From: Cetorhinus maximus
Taxonomy: Eukaryota
Assembly: GCF_964194155.1 (NCBI RefSeq)
Contig: NC_135903.1
Coordinates: 31,620,001-31,684,000 of the forward strand
DNA length: 64,000 nt
Direction: 5' to 3'
Shown here: positions 26,274 through 37,373 of the stretch, in pieces
Layout of the letters: each line of letters begins with the position of its first letter
Numbering within the stretch: position 1 is the stretch's first letter
Notes under the pieces: generated by a model
Seen by the model: the letters and a program-made list of their open reading frames with translations, nothing else
Told to the model about the DNA's origin: nothing
Database searches by the model: none
Program-made: the position numbers and the translations under genes

Positions 26274-27715
26274 ATTTTTAAAAATTAATTTACGGAATGT
26301 GGGCTTCACTGGCTAGGCTAGCATTTACTGCCCGTATTTATTTGCCCTTGAGAGGGTAGTGGTGAGCTGCCTTCTTGAACCGCTGCAGTCCATGTGGGGA
26401 ATTTACAACCACAGTGCTGCTAAGGAGGGAGTTCCAGGATTTTGACCCAGCCACAGTGAAGGAACGGTGATATATTTCCAGGTAGGGTTGGTGAGTGGCT
26501 TGGAGGAGAACTTCCAGATGGTGATGTTCCCATGTATCTGCTGTCCTTGTCCTTCTAGATGGTAGCAGTCGTGGGTTTCGAAGGTGCTGTGTAAGAAGCC
26601 TTGGTGAGTTTCTGCAGTGCGTCTTGTAGATGGCACACACTGCTGCAACTGTTCATTAGGAGGGAGTGAATGTTTGTCGAAGGAGTGCCAATCAAGTGGA
26701 CTGCTTTGTCCTGGACAGTGTCAAGCTTCTTGAGTGTTGGAGCGGCACTCATCCAGGCAAGTGGGGAGTATTCCATCACACTCCTGACTTGTGTCTTGTA
26801 GATGGTGGACAGGCTTTGGGGAGTCTGAGTTACTCACTGCAGGATTCCTAGCCTCTGACCTGCTCTTGTAGCCACAGTATTTAATTGGCTAGTCCAGTTC
26901 AGTTTCTAGTAAATGGTAACTCCCAGGATGTTGATAGTGGGGGATTCAGCGATGGCGGTACCATTGGAAAGTCAAACAGTGATAGTTAAATTCTCTCCTG
27001 TTGGAGATGGTCATTGCCTGGCACTTGTGTGGCATGAATGTTACTTGCCACTTGTCAGCCCAAGCCTGGATATTGTCCAGGTCTTGCTGCATTTGCACAT
27101 GGACTGCTTCAGTATCTGAGGAGTCACGAATGGTGTTGAACATTGTGCAATCATCAGCGAACATCTCCACTTCTGACCTTATGATGGAAGGAAGGTCATT
27201 GATGAAGCAGCTGAAGGTGGTTGGACCGAGGACACGACCCTGAGGGACTCCTGCAGTGATGTCCTGGAGCTGGGATGATTGACCTCCAACAGCCACAACT
27301 ATCTTTCTTTGTGCTAGGTATGACTCCAACCAGTGGAGAGTCACCACTCCCCACCCCGATTTCCATTGGCTCCAGTTTTGTTAGGGCTCCTTAATGCTAC
27401 AATGAGTCAATTGCTGCCTTGATGTCGAGGGCAGTCACTCTCACCTCAGGAGTTCAGCCCTTTTGCCCATGTTTGAACCAAGGCTGTAATGAGGTCAGGA
27501 GCTGAGCGTCCCTGGCAGAACCCAAACTGGGCGACAGTGAGCAGGTACAAAAACAAAAATAGCAGGAAAAACTCAGCAGGTCTGACAGCATCTGTTATAC
27601 ATATATGTGGAATACAGTTAACGTTTCGAGTCCGTATGACTCTTCATCAGAACAGTGAGCAGGTTATGGTTAAGCAAGTGCCGCTTGATAGCACTGTTGA
27701 TTACCCCGTTCATCA
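26274..27715 (-). mobile_element. 5'-truncated APE-type LINE nested in the R2 element
   Basis: ORF 26946-27347 reads GVPQGRVLGP..MFADDCT; same family as 16104-19303. It splits the R2 sequence between KHG and LETYIR. Confidence 0.9.
27547..27651 (-). mobile_element. Short Penelope pLTR-derived insertion with an intact hammerhead core and a 13-bp TSD
   Basis: TSD ACAGTGAGCAGGT at 27534-27546 and 27652-27664. Minus strand GTT-CTGATGA-A-GAGTC-ATACG-GACTC-GAAA-CGT-T-AAC. Confidence 0.8.
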
Positions 27716-30008
27716 CTGGATACCCATGTTTAAGCACTTGGACTTTGAGGAGATTGAGGATTTTATTATGCCGATGAATCCTTGCGTTTTTAATATGTAA
27801 ACAGCTACCGGAGATTTGGGAGATTGTCTCATTTAATACATTGCATCCTCTCCATTTCGTAATATTTCCAGGTCTACCGAATGATAAAAAAGAAACCTAG
27901 TTGGATAGGCATTTCCCCCGAGTAGGACTTTAATAAAAACGGACTGTTTAAAATAGTTTAAAAGTAGCCAGTGATTCGAGATATTATTATAAAAACAAGA
28001 AATGCCAATGCCTTAATAGTTAAGTGCAGTCCACCTCTTAAATACATATTCACACCAATTAGGATACATTTCACTATTTTGACTGCTGGGTGTCATTGGG
28101 CATGAGGCACAATTCAACCTGGGGCGCTTTAGCTGAAACGTCTTAAATTATATTAAGGTTGTAAATTTGACTCATTTTTGAACGAAATCCACGCCACCGT
28201 GTAAAAAGGAAGCCTTCACGGTGATTTTATCAGGTCCTGGTGCGGGATCTTTTCTTAAATTGATCAATAATTGTTTTAATCCCATCTTCCCCAATCAAAT
28301 TAAATAATTGAGAAGTAGCGGCCATTCTAGAGTACTTGGAAAATTTACCTAAATGCACCTTGTTATTAGTCTAAGACAATCTCTGTATGAAATGCTCTTC
28401 CAAATCACCTATATTCAAAGGGCTCGAAACTTGATTAGAGCCACCCATCAACCCGTCTAGCCAAGCCTTTCTTGTTAGCTTTTTACAGAGTTGAGCTTCT
28501 TTAAATTTGTTTCTTTTTAGCAAATCCCTTTCTGAATCCGGTATTTTTAAAGGGTGGATTTTTATTTACACAATTCACATGATTTATTGTATCCAATTAA
28601 CTTTACTAGCTTTTGAGCCTATATTAGTTACCTTGCCGAGTATCTGACCCACCAAACAACTCATTTAATTATTATTGGTGCCCTTTTTGTCAATCAACTT
28701 AATTAACGTTAAGGCGTCAAATTTACCCTATTTATTTGGTCCTGTCCCCAAACTGCTACATTATCCCTATTTACATTCGGTTCCTCCTCAGATCTTTGGG
28801 GAATCGTTACATTAACCTCGTCATCGGATGAAAGTGTAAAACCTTCAAGTGAATTAACGTTAACATTTATATTCTCAGAGGCATTTGGATTATTTCTAAA
28901 TTTAGTCATTTGAAATTTGTTTGTTAGTTTTGGTTACTAATATCTTAGCTAGCACAACATTAATATTTTTATGGCCAACATGTTCTTTCTCTAAATAAAG
29001 GAGAAACACCCCTTTGGACCAAATAGAACTTTTGTTTGCAACTGGCCGAGATCGGTCTGAGGCAGCTAGCGATTCTTTTTTGATTTCGTAGTTCTGGGTG
29101 CACACGGATGCTGTGCTAAGAGCTCTTTGTCTTAAAGTTCTTCGCACACGAAGGATAATTATAGATTATATTGACATTGACCTCTCGTGTGCCTCCATTG
29201 CATTTTGAATATTAGTATGTGATGGGATGGTATTCGCCAGTCCTCTGACATCGACTACGAATAACCAAAATCTTAGAACTGTTATGATTATTCCTATAAT
29301 GTCTCCTAAAATTAGTTATAGAGTTTAAAATTACATCACAAATTTAGAATTAAATTGATTACAGGGATAAATTACCTTAATATCATTATATAAGGTATAT
29401 GTTGAACCTATTTAAAGCAATAGTTCTAGTGCCTTATTGATTCACAGGGGTGTCACTGATATTGATATTAGTAGGAGGTTTCAAATTTGTATTATAAAAA
29501 GTTAAACGTTGATAAAATCTCAGTTGTAGGTAACAGCCCAGCCTCTGGGGATGTTCTCTGATGTATCACACTTCTGTTCTCTTGAGCTGCCTCAATCTTC
29601 GCATCCATATTAAGTAATAATTGATTGATATCTTCCAAGCCTGAAGTCTCATTTAATAGCAAAATAGAACCAGTAAATGGTTTTATGAGATCAGCCTCAT
29701 CAGTTTGTGTATGTGAGGATTTGATTAATGTCATGGTGTTAGCAGACGTACCCACTGCACCCCGGTCAAGGCAACAACAGCATTTAACAAAATTGTTAGT
29801 CAGGGAATGTCTAATCAAAGCGGGGATGTTTTTCAACTGGTTAACATCCCAACCGGGAGGGACAAGTTGATCAGGACCATTGTTCATTTAATTTTCGTGA
29901 ACCCTAATGATCCTCCACCTGCGAAGAGAAACGGTTTATCCAAACCGCCCGTCACCTGCCAGCTGCATTCGCCATGGTGCCAGGATCCAGCAAACCGAGA
30001 GGGAGCGG

Positions 30009-30146
30009 GAATCAAGGGAAAAAAATTCCTAGATTAGCCACAACGATTGATTGTCATTGATCGCGACACAACATTACCAGGGGCACCATGTGGATGTTTG
30101 ACCCGCTACGGGTTAGAAATTATAACACCCATAGCCATAGGTCCCA
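30009..30146 (-). ncRNA. Degenerate HDV-like self-cleaving ribozyme at the R2 5' end
   Basis: Elements in order: GGGAC (P1), J1/2 hairpin GCTATGGGT/ACCCGTAGC, GGGTCAA (P2), ACA-TCCACAT-GGT (P3/L3), GCCCCT (P1'), GG (P1.1), P4 stem, GGCTAA (J4/2, putative catalytic C at 30037), TTGATTC (P2'). Confidence 0.68.
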
Positions 30147-30148
30147 AG

Positions 30149-30260
30149 TCAGGGATCTGTGGACATTCACTCCAAGGTCCCTCACTTTCTCCACATCTCT
30201 CATTATCCTCCCATTTATTGTCTCTGCCTTGCTTGACCTCCCAAATTCTTGATTACCAAC
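30149..30260 (-). mobile_element. CR1 LINE, upstream continuation of the 24870-25534 copy
   Basis: Minus strand reads RDLGVNVHRSL, which precedes (KV)AGQV.KVVKKAYG in CR1 ORF2. Confidence 0.8.
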
Positions 30261-30991
30261 ATCCTTTCAAAAAGTGAGTTAACCAGTTTTTGTTTGGAGG
30301 TATTGATCACTGGAAAGTTTTTTCCCACTCGCCATCACACTAATTTTCTTCCGAAGTGTATTGATTCCTTTATGGGATACCGTTCTACAAACTATCACAT
30401 GACCCCTTGTCTAACAGTTAAGTGGTTATCCTCCTTGTGCAAACCTGGAGGGTTTCAGATTATTCAACTGCAGGAGACAAAGCTGAGACTGGCCTGATCA
30501 CTAGCCAGTCTGAACACATTTATTGTTTGGCTCACTGGAACTTCAATCAAACATGCTGCTTCCTAAACAGAATCATAGATTGTCGATACAAAATTAGTGG
30601 TTAACTCTTTAAAAAAAAACCCTTCTTTCTATCATTTCCTCCTCCAAATATTTCCAAGCAGGATATTGGATATTTTTTAAAATTCCCAGACTTGGCACCA
30701 TTGTGCTAATTTACAGGTACAGGGCCTTCTAGTTTATCTTTATTCCTCAGCCTAAATATAAAAAGCAAAATCCTGCTAACAAGGCTGTTTCGGCTATATT
30801 TTGTCAGATTAAACACAATTTCAAATTTAAATGGATCAAGTGTGGAAAAACAGGATATGTCTTTTCAACGTGCAAGTTTATACTATACAAAAGGACAATA
30901 CTGAACACTTCAAAGCAACAAAATTCTATTATTCAAGCAAAGTAAATTTATTCATATACTACACCAATGCTCAAAACATTTTAATTGAATA

Positions 30992-30997
30992 TTTATT
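30992..30997 (-). terminator. RPL27: RPL27 polyadenylation signal AATAAA
   Basis: tttatt on the plus strand, 17 nt after the stop codon; short 3'UTR typical of ribosomal protein mRNAs. Confidence 0.8.
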
Positions 30998-31013
30998 TAT
31001 ACTGGAATACAAT

Positions 31014-31062
31014 TTAGAATCGGAGCTTCTGGAAAAACCATTTATTCTTTCCTGTCTTGTAC
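31014..31062 (-). CDS. RPL27: 60S ribosomal protein L27, last coding exon (49 nt)
   Basis: Encodes (R)YKTGKNKWFFQKLRF*; ctgcag acceptor. Confidence 0.98.
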
Positions 31063-31958
31063 CTGCAGAAAAACAAAATAGTGTATATATATAAAATTTA
31101 ACATTAGAAATTCCAATTTTATTTTTACAATATCAAGCACAATCTATAAATGATCAGTAGCTGTTGTGGAAGGAGAGGTAAGGTAACAGAGTTCAAGGTG
31201 CACTCTTAAGAATATCAGTTAGGGACCTGTCAAATAAAGGTCAAGTGGGCTTGCCTTCAGATGAATGTTCAACGTTAATCAGAAGACATAATGGTGCTTT
31301 GGAGGTCTGAACCCTTGGTGAAAGTTATCGCAGTTTGTTCTTAACACTCATCCATTGATGAGATATCATGGCAAGGCAGAAAAAATTGAAATTTGGGAAG
31401 ATTACATTTAAAAATTTATTTCACAGACCATGGATCAGAGGTAAATATAGCATCTACTATTCTGTTTGCACTATTTATCAGCTGGTTTTGGAAATCATTT
31501 ATTTGAGCAGCCAGAATTTGGTTAAAACTAAAATGTCAACAATCAACATTTGAGGAATGATCTATTACACAATGTTATGGAGCATGGTAATTTAAACATA
31601 AGGGACCTGCAAAGCACACAAGACATTGCAGTCTACATTTTTGGGAAAGTAATTTACACAGCTGAGGTTAGAGTACCACTTTCTTACTGGCCTGCATATT
31701 TTTAATGTAACAACAATCTCTTAAAGATGTCACTTTGTTTAAAAAGAGATCAATGAGTGTATTCACTTCACAGCCATCTTGCTGGGCATGTACAACCCTT
31801 TCATTAGCAGAGTTAGTCTTAAAAGCAGTTTTGATCACTAACCTGCTGCCACCTTCAAAATACAGTGGGAAGCAAGTAAAATGAACAAGGCCCAAGTACA
31901 AAGTTCTATTAGTTTTATAAAAAGGTAAATATTATTTTTTAAAATGTTCCCCGTCTTA

Positions 31959-32171
<213 letters not shown>

Positions 32172-34255
32172 TTACCAACACTGATTACTAAGAGTTGCTA
32201 TTGGCTTAGTGACAGCTGACCTTTATTACCACCAGTCCAGGTTTGCAGTATTCCCACAAATAAAGTTATGACTCTACTTGATCTGATCCAAAAAAGCAAG
32301 AAGCTGGGGCAGTGTCAGGGTTGTTAAAAACAGCCCCAATGCACTTGTATTGTGGAAGCATCCAGTGGAAGTATGTCACATGTGAACAGGACTCTCATTT
32401 TCCTTTCTCCCGCAAGGTGAAATAGCTCACTAACATTCACTGCCTAGAAGTACAAATAAAGATTGGCCATTCTGATGAGGAACTGAAAGAGAACGAGCAT
32501 CTGTGGAACTGTACTTCAAGAAGGGAGTCAACATTATCTGGAGAGGAAAGATTCAGCAGAAAAACAATTGGGTTTTGTATAACCAGCACTATGTCAGCAG
32601 CAAACCAAGACACCAGGTCAACGCTACTTTTTCAGTCAACTGGGTTGAGCAATAAATGTTACCTTACCAGCACTGCCCGTTAAACATGATTAATATAAAA
32701 GAAAAACAGATAAGGTCAGTGGTTGTTGACAGGCTAAAGTCAAATCTGATCTTCGTCTTAAATCTACCATCACACACACCTCTCCTCCCTAGAACCATGT
32801 TCTGCATATAATGTGATGTTCATGAGTTGGTAGTTTGTCTCTAATGGTTTTAATTTCCCCCCTAAAATTATAATCTTAGGTTCAATTATGGCCAAAATAT
32901 TAATGTGTAAAGTGTTAATTTTCCCAACATCTTGTCCAAATTCAAGGAGAAGGGAAGTAAAAAGAAAGCTTTATTTCAGTCAAGTTAGGTCTCAATTTTC
33001 AAATGAAGGTCGCACTTTACGCAGCAAAGAAAAATATGCAACTGCTAAAGTCCATAGGACACTTGCACAGTTAGATCCTTAACGAGAACATCCTTAATTT
33101 TGAATATTATGTTTGCATTGAGGCAAATGTTCATTATTTTCACTGCATATTTATAACTGCTTGAAGCAGGAGGCATTTTACAACTGCAGCAAAGTAAAAT
33201 TGGTCAGTGACATTTAGGTAATTTAATGCTCCAAATATTTGACACAATCCATTTTCCAACTCCTAGTCATACAGTGAACAACCTTCACAACATTGCACAC
33301 CATCAGGCCACAGCTAATTAGATAGTCAAGATGCAACTTATAAGTTGGCATTTTAATTCTCCATTAAAGTAGATGGATTTTTTATACATGAATTCTGTAC
33401 TCTCCAATTAATGTCTAACAGCAATCTGTCTACTCATCCGCTCTCACACTTTCGCAAAAGGGGAGTCAATTGATTTGTATTCAAGCTCCCAACACATTTC
33501 ATTCTAGATAAATGCTAGGGATACGTGTGACATTTTGGCAGGTTGTCTTTTCTCTGTACCATAAACTCCAAATGAACAGGTACAACATTTAAGAGCGCCC
33601 AGTGCAATCACTTCCTCAATCAAGGTCACCAGCTACAAATTTCAGACAAGGTGTACCAAGCTATTGGGCGGGGGTCAGTGTGGGACAAGGGAGTTAAAGA
33701 GAAACTGACGCTAACCAACTCAGCATCACATCCCTCTCTTCACCTGGCCCAGACATGCAGCACACAGTGGGCAACGTAGGACACCACCGCCCACTTTCTT
33801 AAATCACATCTCCTCATGACAAGCTAATTATTTTCCACAGGATACAGTAACAATAAGCACCTAAGCTCCCAGGATAACATTGTGGAATGGCAAATAAGAT
33901 TTCACGTAAAACGTTAAATCCAGCACATAAGTCAGCCTTGTACACTGAGTTCTATGACTTATGCATTGGATTTGAAAGGTTTCTATCCAGCAATTCAACA
34001 CCACTGATATTCTGGTTAAAACTACCTGTTAAAGGCACAAATTAAGTTCGGGAAAACTCCCAGTACATCACATGTAGGGGGCTTTTATAGTGAAAATGCA
34101 GCTTCCAACCTTGGAATCTGGCCTTAAACCATCTAAATTCAAGATCTTCTATCTAGGAGTGATCTTCTAGCCCTAAAAACACTTCCAAACATATCAGTGC
34201 TCAACAAATAAAATGGTACTACTTGCACATACAATAACACATGTTCCGGCGCTTA

Positions 34256-34453
<198 letters not shown>

Positions 34454-35512
34454 TTATGGTATTACAATATGGAAACAGCCAGTATCCACAATTACTACGC
34501 TCAGGGCAGTTGTGCTAGTTTTCTGCTCAGTTGCTGGCACGCCAGGCGATTTGTGCAAAACCCACTCCAGGATTAGGTGGCATTTTTCATCTCGAGTTTG
34601 AGGGTTATGAGTTCTGTTGCTCGAGCACATAATATAGACTGATCTCCAATTCAGAAATGAGGATATATTGAATTCGATAGGGTTCCCAACAGATGTTAAA
34701 GACCCCAGTGCATTTATATGGAAACAGGAATTTCCCCCACTACAGGGGGCCAATATTTTGCCTTCAATCATTGCCATTTCTGGGATCTTTGACTTCACCC
34801 CACTGTGTCTCTGCAGGAAGTCACTGCATATCAAAATAATCCACCTGGTGAGAAGTTGAGTTGACGTGACAAGGCACTATACGAATTCTCCACTGCCCCC
34901 AATTATTGCAGATAGAATGCCAGATTGATGGTTAGACTGGCCTGGTCAAAATCATATACATTCTTGTAATAATGCCCCCCATCACAGTACCTCTCTTTGT
35001 CTATCTTTCCACAGCCTAACTAGTTCAACTGCTACCCATTGACTGTGGTCCACCTCCTTGGTGCTGCTTGCAGCTAGTGCCATGCCCACCAATGGAGCAA
35101 CTAAAGCCACTTTTTCTCCTGCATCCAGTGGATTGCATGCTGGGTGCCCAGAAGCCCACCCTCATCCTATTTTGCCTACCTCATGCCACCTCTTGCAACA
35201 TTATCCACGGCACAGCAAACATAGGGAAGCTGGACCAAATACCCAACTTCAATGTGCTGAGACCCTTGACTCCACAATTGTTGCTGCGCTCTGGGTAGCA
35301 AGACAGGTGTTTCTCCAGTTTTAACAGCGCCAATAAAACCACCTTATTTAGCTCCCACCAAAAACACCAATACTACATGAAGCAGCAGGAGATAATCTGC
35401 TGTAAAAAGTTGCTAGGTAAAGTCAAATTCTTAAAACCAATTCTCAAATGCTTTACAGCCAGATATGCAATACCTGGAGTATCAACTGCTGTATCATTAA
35501 AAGCCACGTTTA

Positions 35513-35746
<234 letters not shown>

Positions 35747-35975
35747 TCATCCTGCAACCGGTGCCACTGATCTAACCAGCAATTCATCTCATCTAGTGTG
35801 TGAGAGTGCTTCTCTTTGCTGTTTCTCAATTTGCTGATACAACTTTAAGTAAATGTAATTCATTGGCTGTGAAACACTTTGAGAAGGGAGCTGATATGAA
35901 TTACATTTCTGCCCTCCCACAGAAGCTGTCACTGATCTGAGTGCAATGCTGGATTCTGTAACGTGGGTTCCCCAG

Positions 35976-36309
35976 TCAGTGGAGCCTCACTGGGGGGGTC
36001 AGTGGAGCCTCACTGGGGGGGTCAGTGGAGCCTCACTGGGGGGGTCAGTGGGGCCTCACTGGGGGGGTCAGTGGGGCCTCACTGGGGGGGTCAGTGGGGC
36101 CTCACTGGGGGGGTCAGTGGGGCCTCACTGGGGGGGTCAGTGGGGCCTCACTGGGGGGGTCAGTGGAGCCTCACTGGGGGGGTCAGTGGAGCCTCACTGG
36201 GGGGGTCAGTGGAGCCTCACTGGGGGGGTCAGTGGAGCCTCACTGGGGGGGTCAGTGGAGCCTCACTGGGGGGGTCAGTGGAGCCTCACTGGGGGGGGGG
36301 GGGGGGGGG
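35976..36309 (+). repeat. 23-bp minisatellite, 14 units, ending in a G19 run, in RPL27 intron 1
   Basis: Unit TCAGTGG(A/G)GCCTCACTGGGGGGG. Confidence 0.95.
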
Positions 36310-36688
36310 TCAGTCTTTCAACATTTACTGTGTCTGACCCACGGCTGCAAGTCCGTTTCTCCGCATGGGGATACATAGGAATAGAAAAACTCCCATCCCG
36401 GCGGCTCAGGTGATAAGTGAGATCTTGCCGCCCGGGTAGAGCGCGAGGAGGCCGCTCTGCAGCCCCGGGAGGAGAGGGGCTTCCAGCCGCAACTGATGAA
36501 GGCCCCGGAAAGCCGCCCATCCGCCCAAACAAACCCTTCCCGTCTTGCAGCCTAACCCAGGCAGCAAGCCCGCAAATAAGAGCGCCAGCCGCTCAGAGGA
36601 GGGCCGCTGGTCTCACTCGGGGCGGCGATGGGGAAGGGGCGACGCGCCCGGGCCACGGATGGAGACGGATTCAAACTAGACAATTCAC

Positions 36689-36735
36689 CAGCTCCGTTGC
36701 TGCTGCTCAATGGCCGCCACCCGCCTGAAAGGAAG
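36689..36735 (-). other. RPL27: RPL27 non-coding exon 1 with 5'TOP pyrimidine tract
   Basis: Minus strand CTTCCTTTCAGGCGG...GAGCTG|gtgaat; YY1-like GCGGCCATT inside; CpG-rich context. Confidence 0.8.
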
Positions 36736-36775
36736 TTGCCTGGCTCGCGCTGACCCTTGACTGCACGCTCCCCGC

Positions 36776-36794
36776 TGACGTCACGTCACTTCCG
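36776..36794. promoter_or_regulatory. RPL27 proximal promoter: CRE and ETS/GABP sites
   Basis: TGACGTCA at 36776-36783 and CACTTCCG at 36787-36794, 40-60 nt upstream of the TOP tract. Confidence 0.7.
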
Positions 36795-37166
36795 CTCTGG
36801 TCTTGTAGCAGCCCCAAAGGTGCAGAAAGACAATAGGCTGGCAGTGTATCAACTCAAACCATGTATCAAACCAGCAAAACGCTGCGGATTAAACACTAAT
36901 ACAAAGCATAATACTGCGGATGCGGGAATAAATATATATAAATAAATATATTTCTGCAGCATTAACAAGGCTTGCTGTTAAATGTGGAATGTTAGTGGAT
37001 GCTGTTATGTCATGGGGCTATTGGCTTCTTCTGAATGAGAATGAGTTAAGATGGGCCCCATAGTCTTATCCTCTATCTTGTGCTCCTGTCCTTGTGGAAC
37101 TCGTTGGCACCCTTACCCTGTCTTGAGCTTCACAAATGAATAAAGGAGGACCAGTGATTCCACAAT

Positions 37167-37373
37167 CCTGGAAAAACTCAGCAGGTCTGGCAGCATCGGT
37201 GGAGAAGAAATCAGTTAACGTTTCGAGTCTTCACGACCCTCGAGGGTCGTGAAGACTCGAAACGTTAACTGATTTCTTCTCCACCGATGCTGCCAGACCT
37301 GCTGAGTTTTTCCAGGTAATTCTGTTTTTGTTTTGGATTTCCAGCATCCGCAGTAGCTTTTAGCTTTTTGTTT
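37167..37373. mobile_element. Penelope pLTR-derived insertion forming a perfect 150-bp palindrome, with a 15-bp TSD
   Basis: 37167-37316 is self-complementary about ccctc|gaggg. TSD TGATTCCACAATCCT at 37155-37169 and 37374-37388. Confidence 0.9.

Larger units (their letters stand above)
25535..30148 (-). mobile_element. Decayed R2-clade (three zinc-finger, A-type) non-LTR retrotransposon with the RT core deleted
   Basis: Hand translation of the minus strand, with stops and frameshifts. ZF CDVILNSITNFRRHYRNNH; CCHC-type SRCQRTGEYHPITY*YSKCNG; ZF SCAKNFKTK..HPELRNQKRI; Myb IWSK..HKNINVVLAKILVTKTNKQISN; APGPDKIT; ISNHWL..GNAYPTR; knuckle RGC..NETISQISGSC..ARIHRHNKI; endonuclease VVDVTIRFE..AWEEKIKKYQHL..FGFVLGS*GKW. 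Stop at about 25929. Confidence 0.9.

Noticed and set aside
25534-30149. AAGT at both ends of the R2 insertion read as a 4-bp TSD
   Set aside because: An empty site CTGACTTAGCA would break the CR1 frame by 1 nt. A precise TAGC 3' junction with a small 5' deletion fits R2 behaviour better. Not fully excluded.
34454-34834. 126-aa ORF or possible snoRNA in RPL27 intron 2
   Set aside because: No recognisable protein motif and no convincing C/D or H/ACA boxes; probably an old repeat.
35946-36413. Repetitive Gly/Trp-rich ORFs in three frames; array superficially CRISPR-like
   Set aside because: Translation artefact of a 23-bp tandem repeat. There are no unique spacers or cas genes, and it is a eukaryotic intron.
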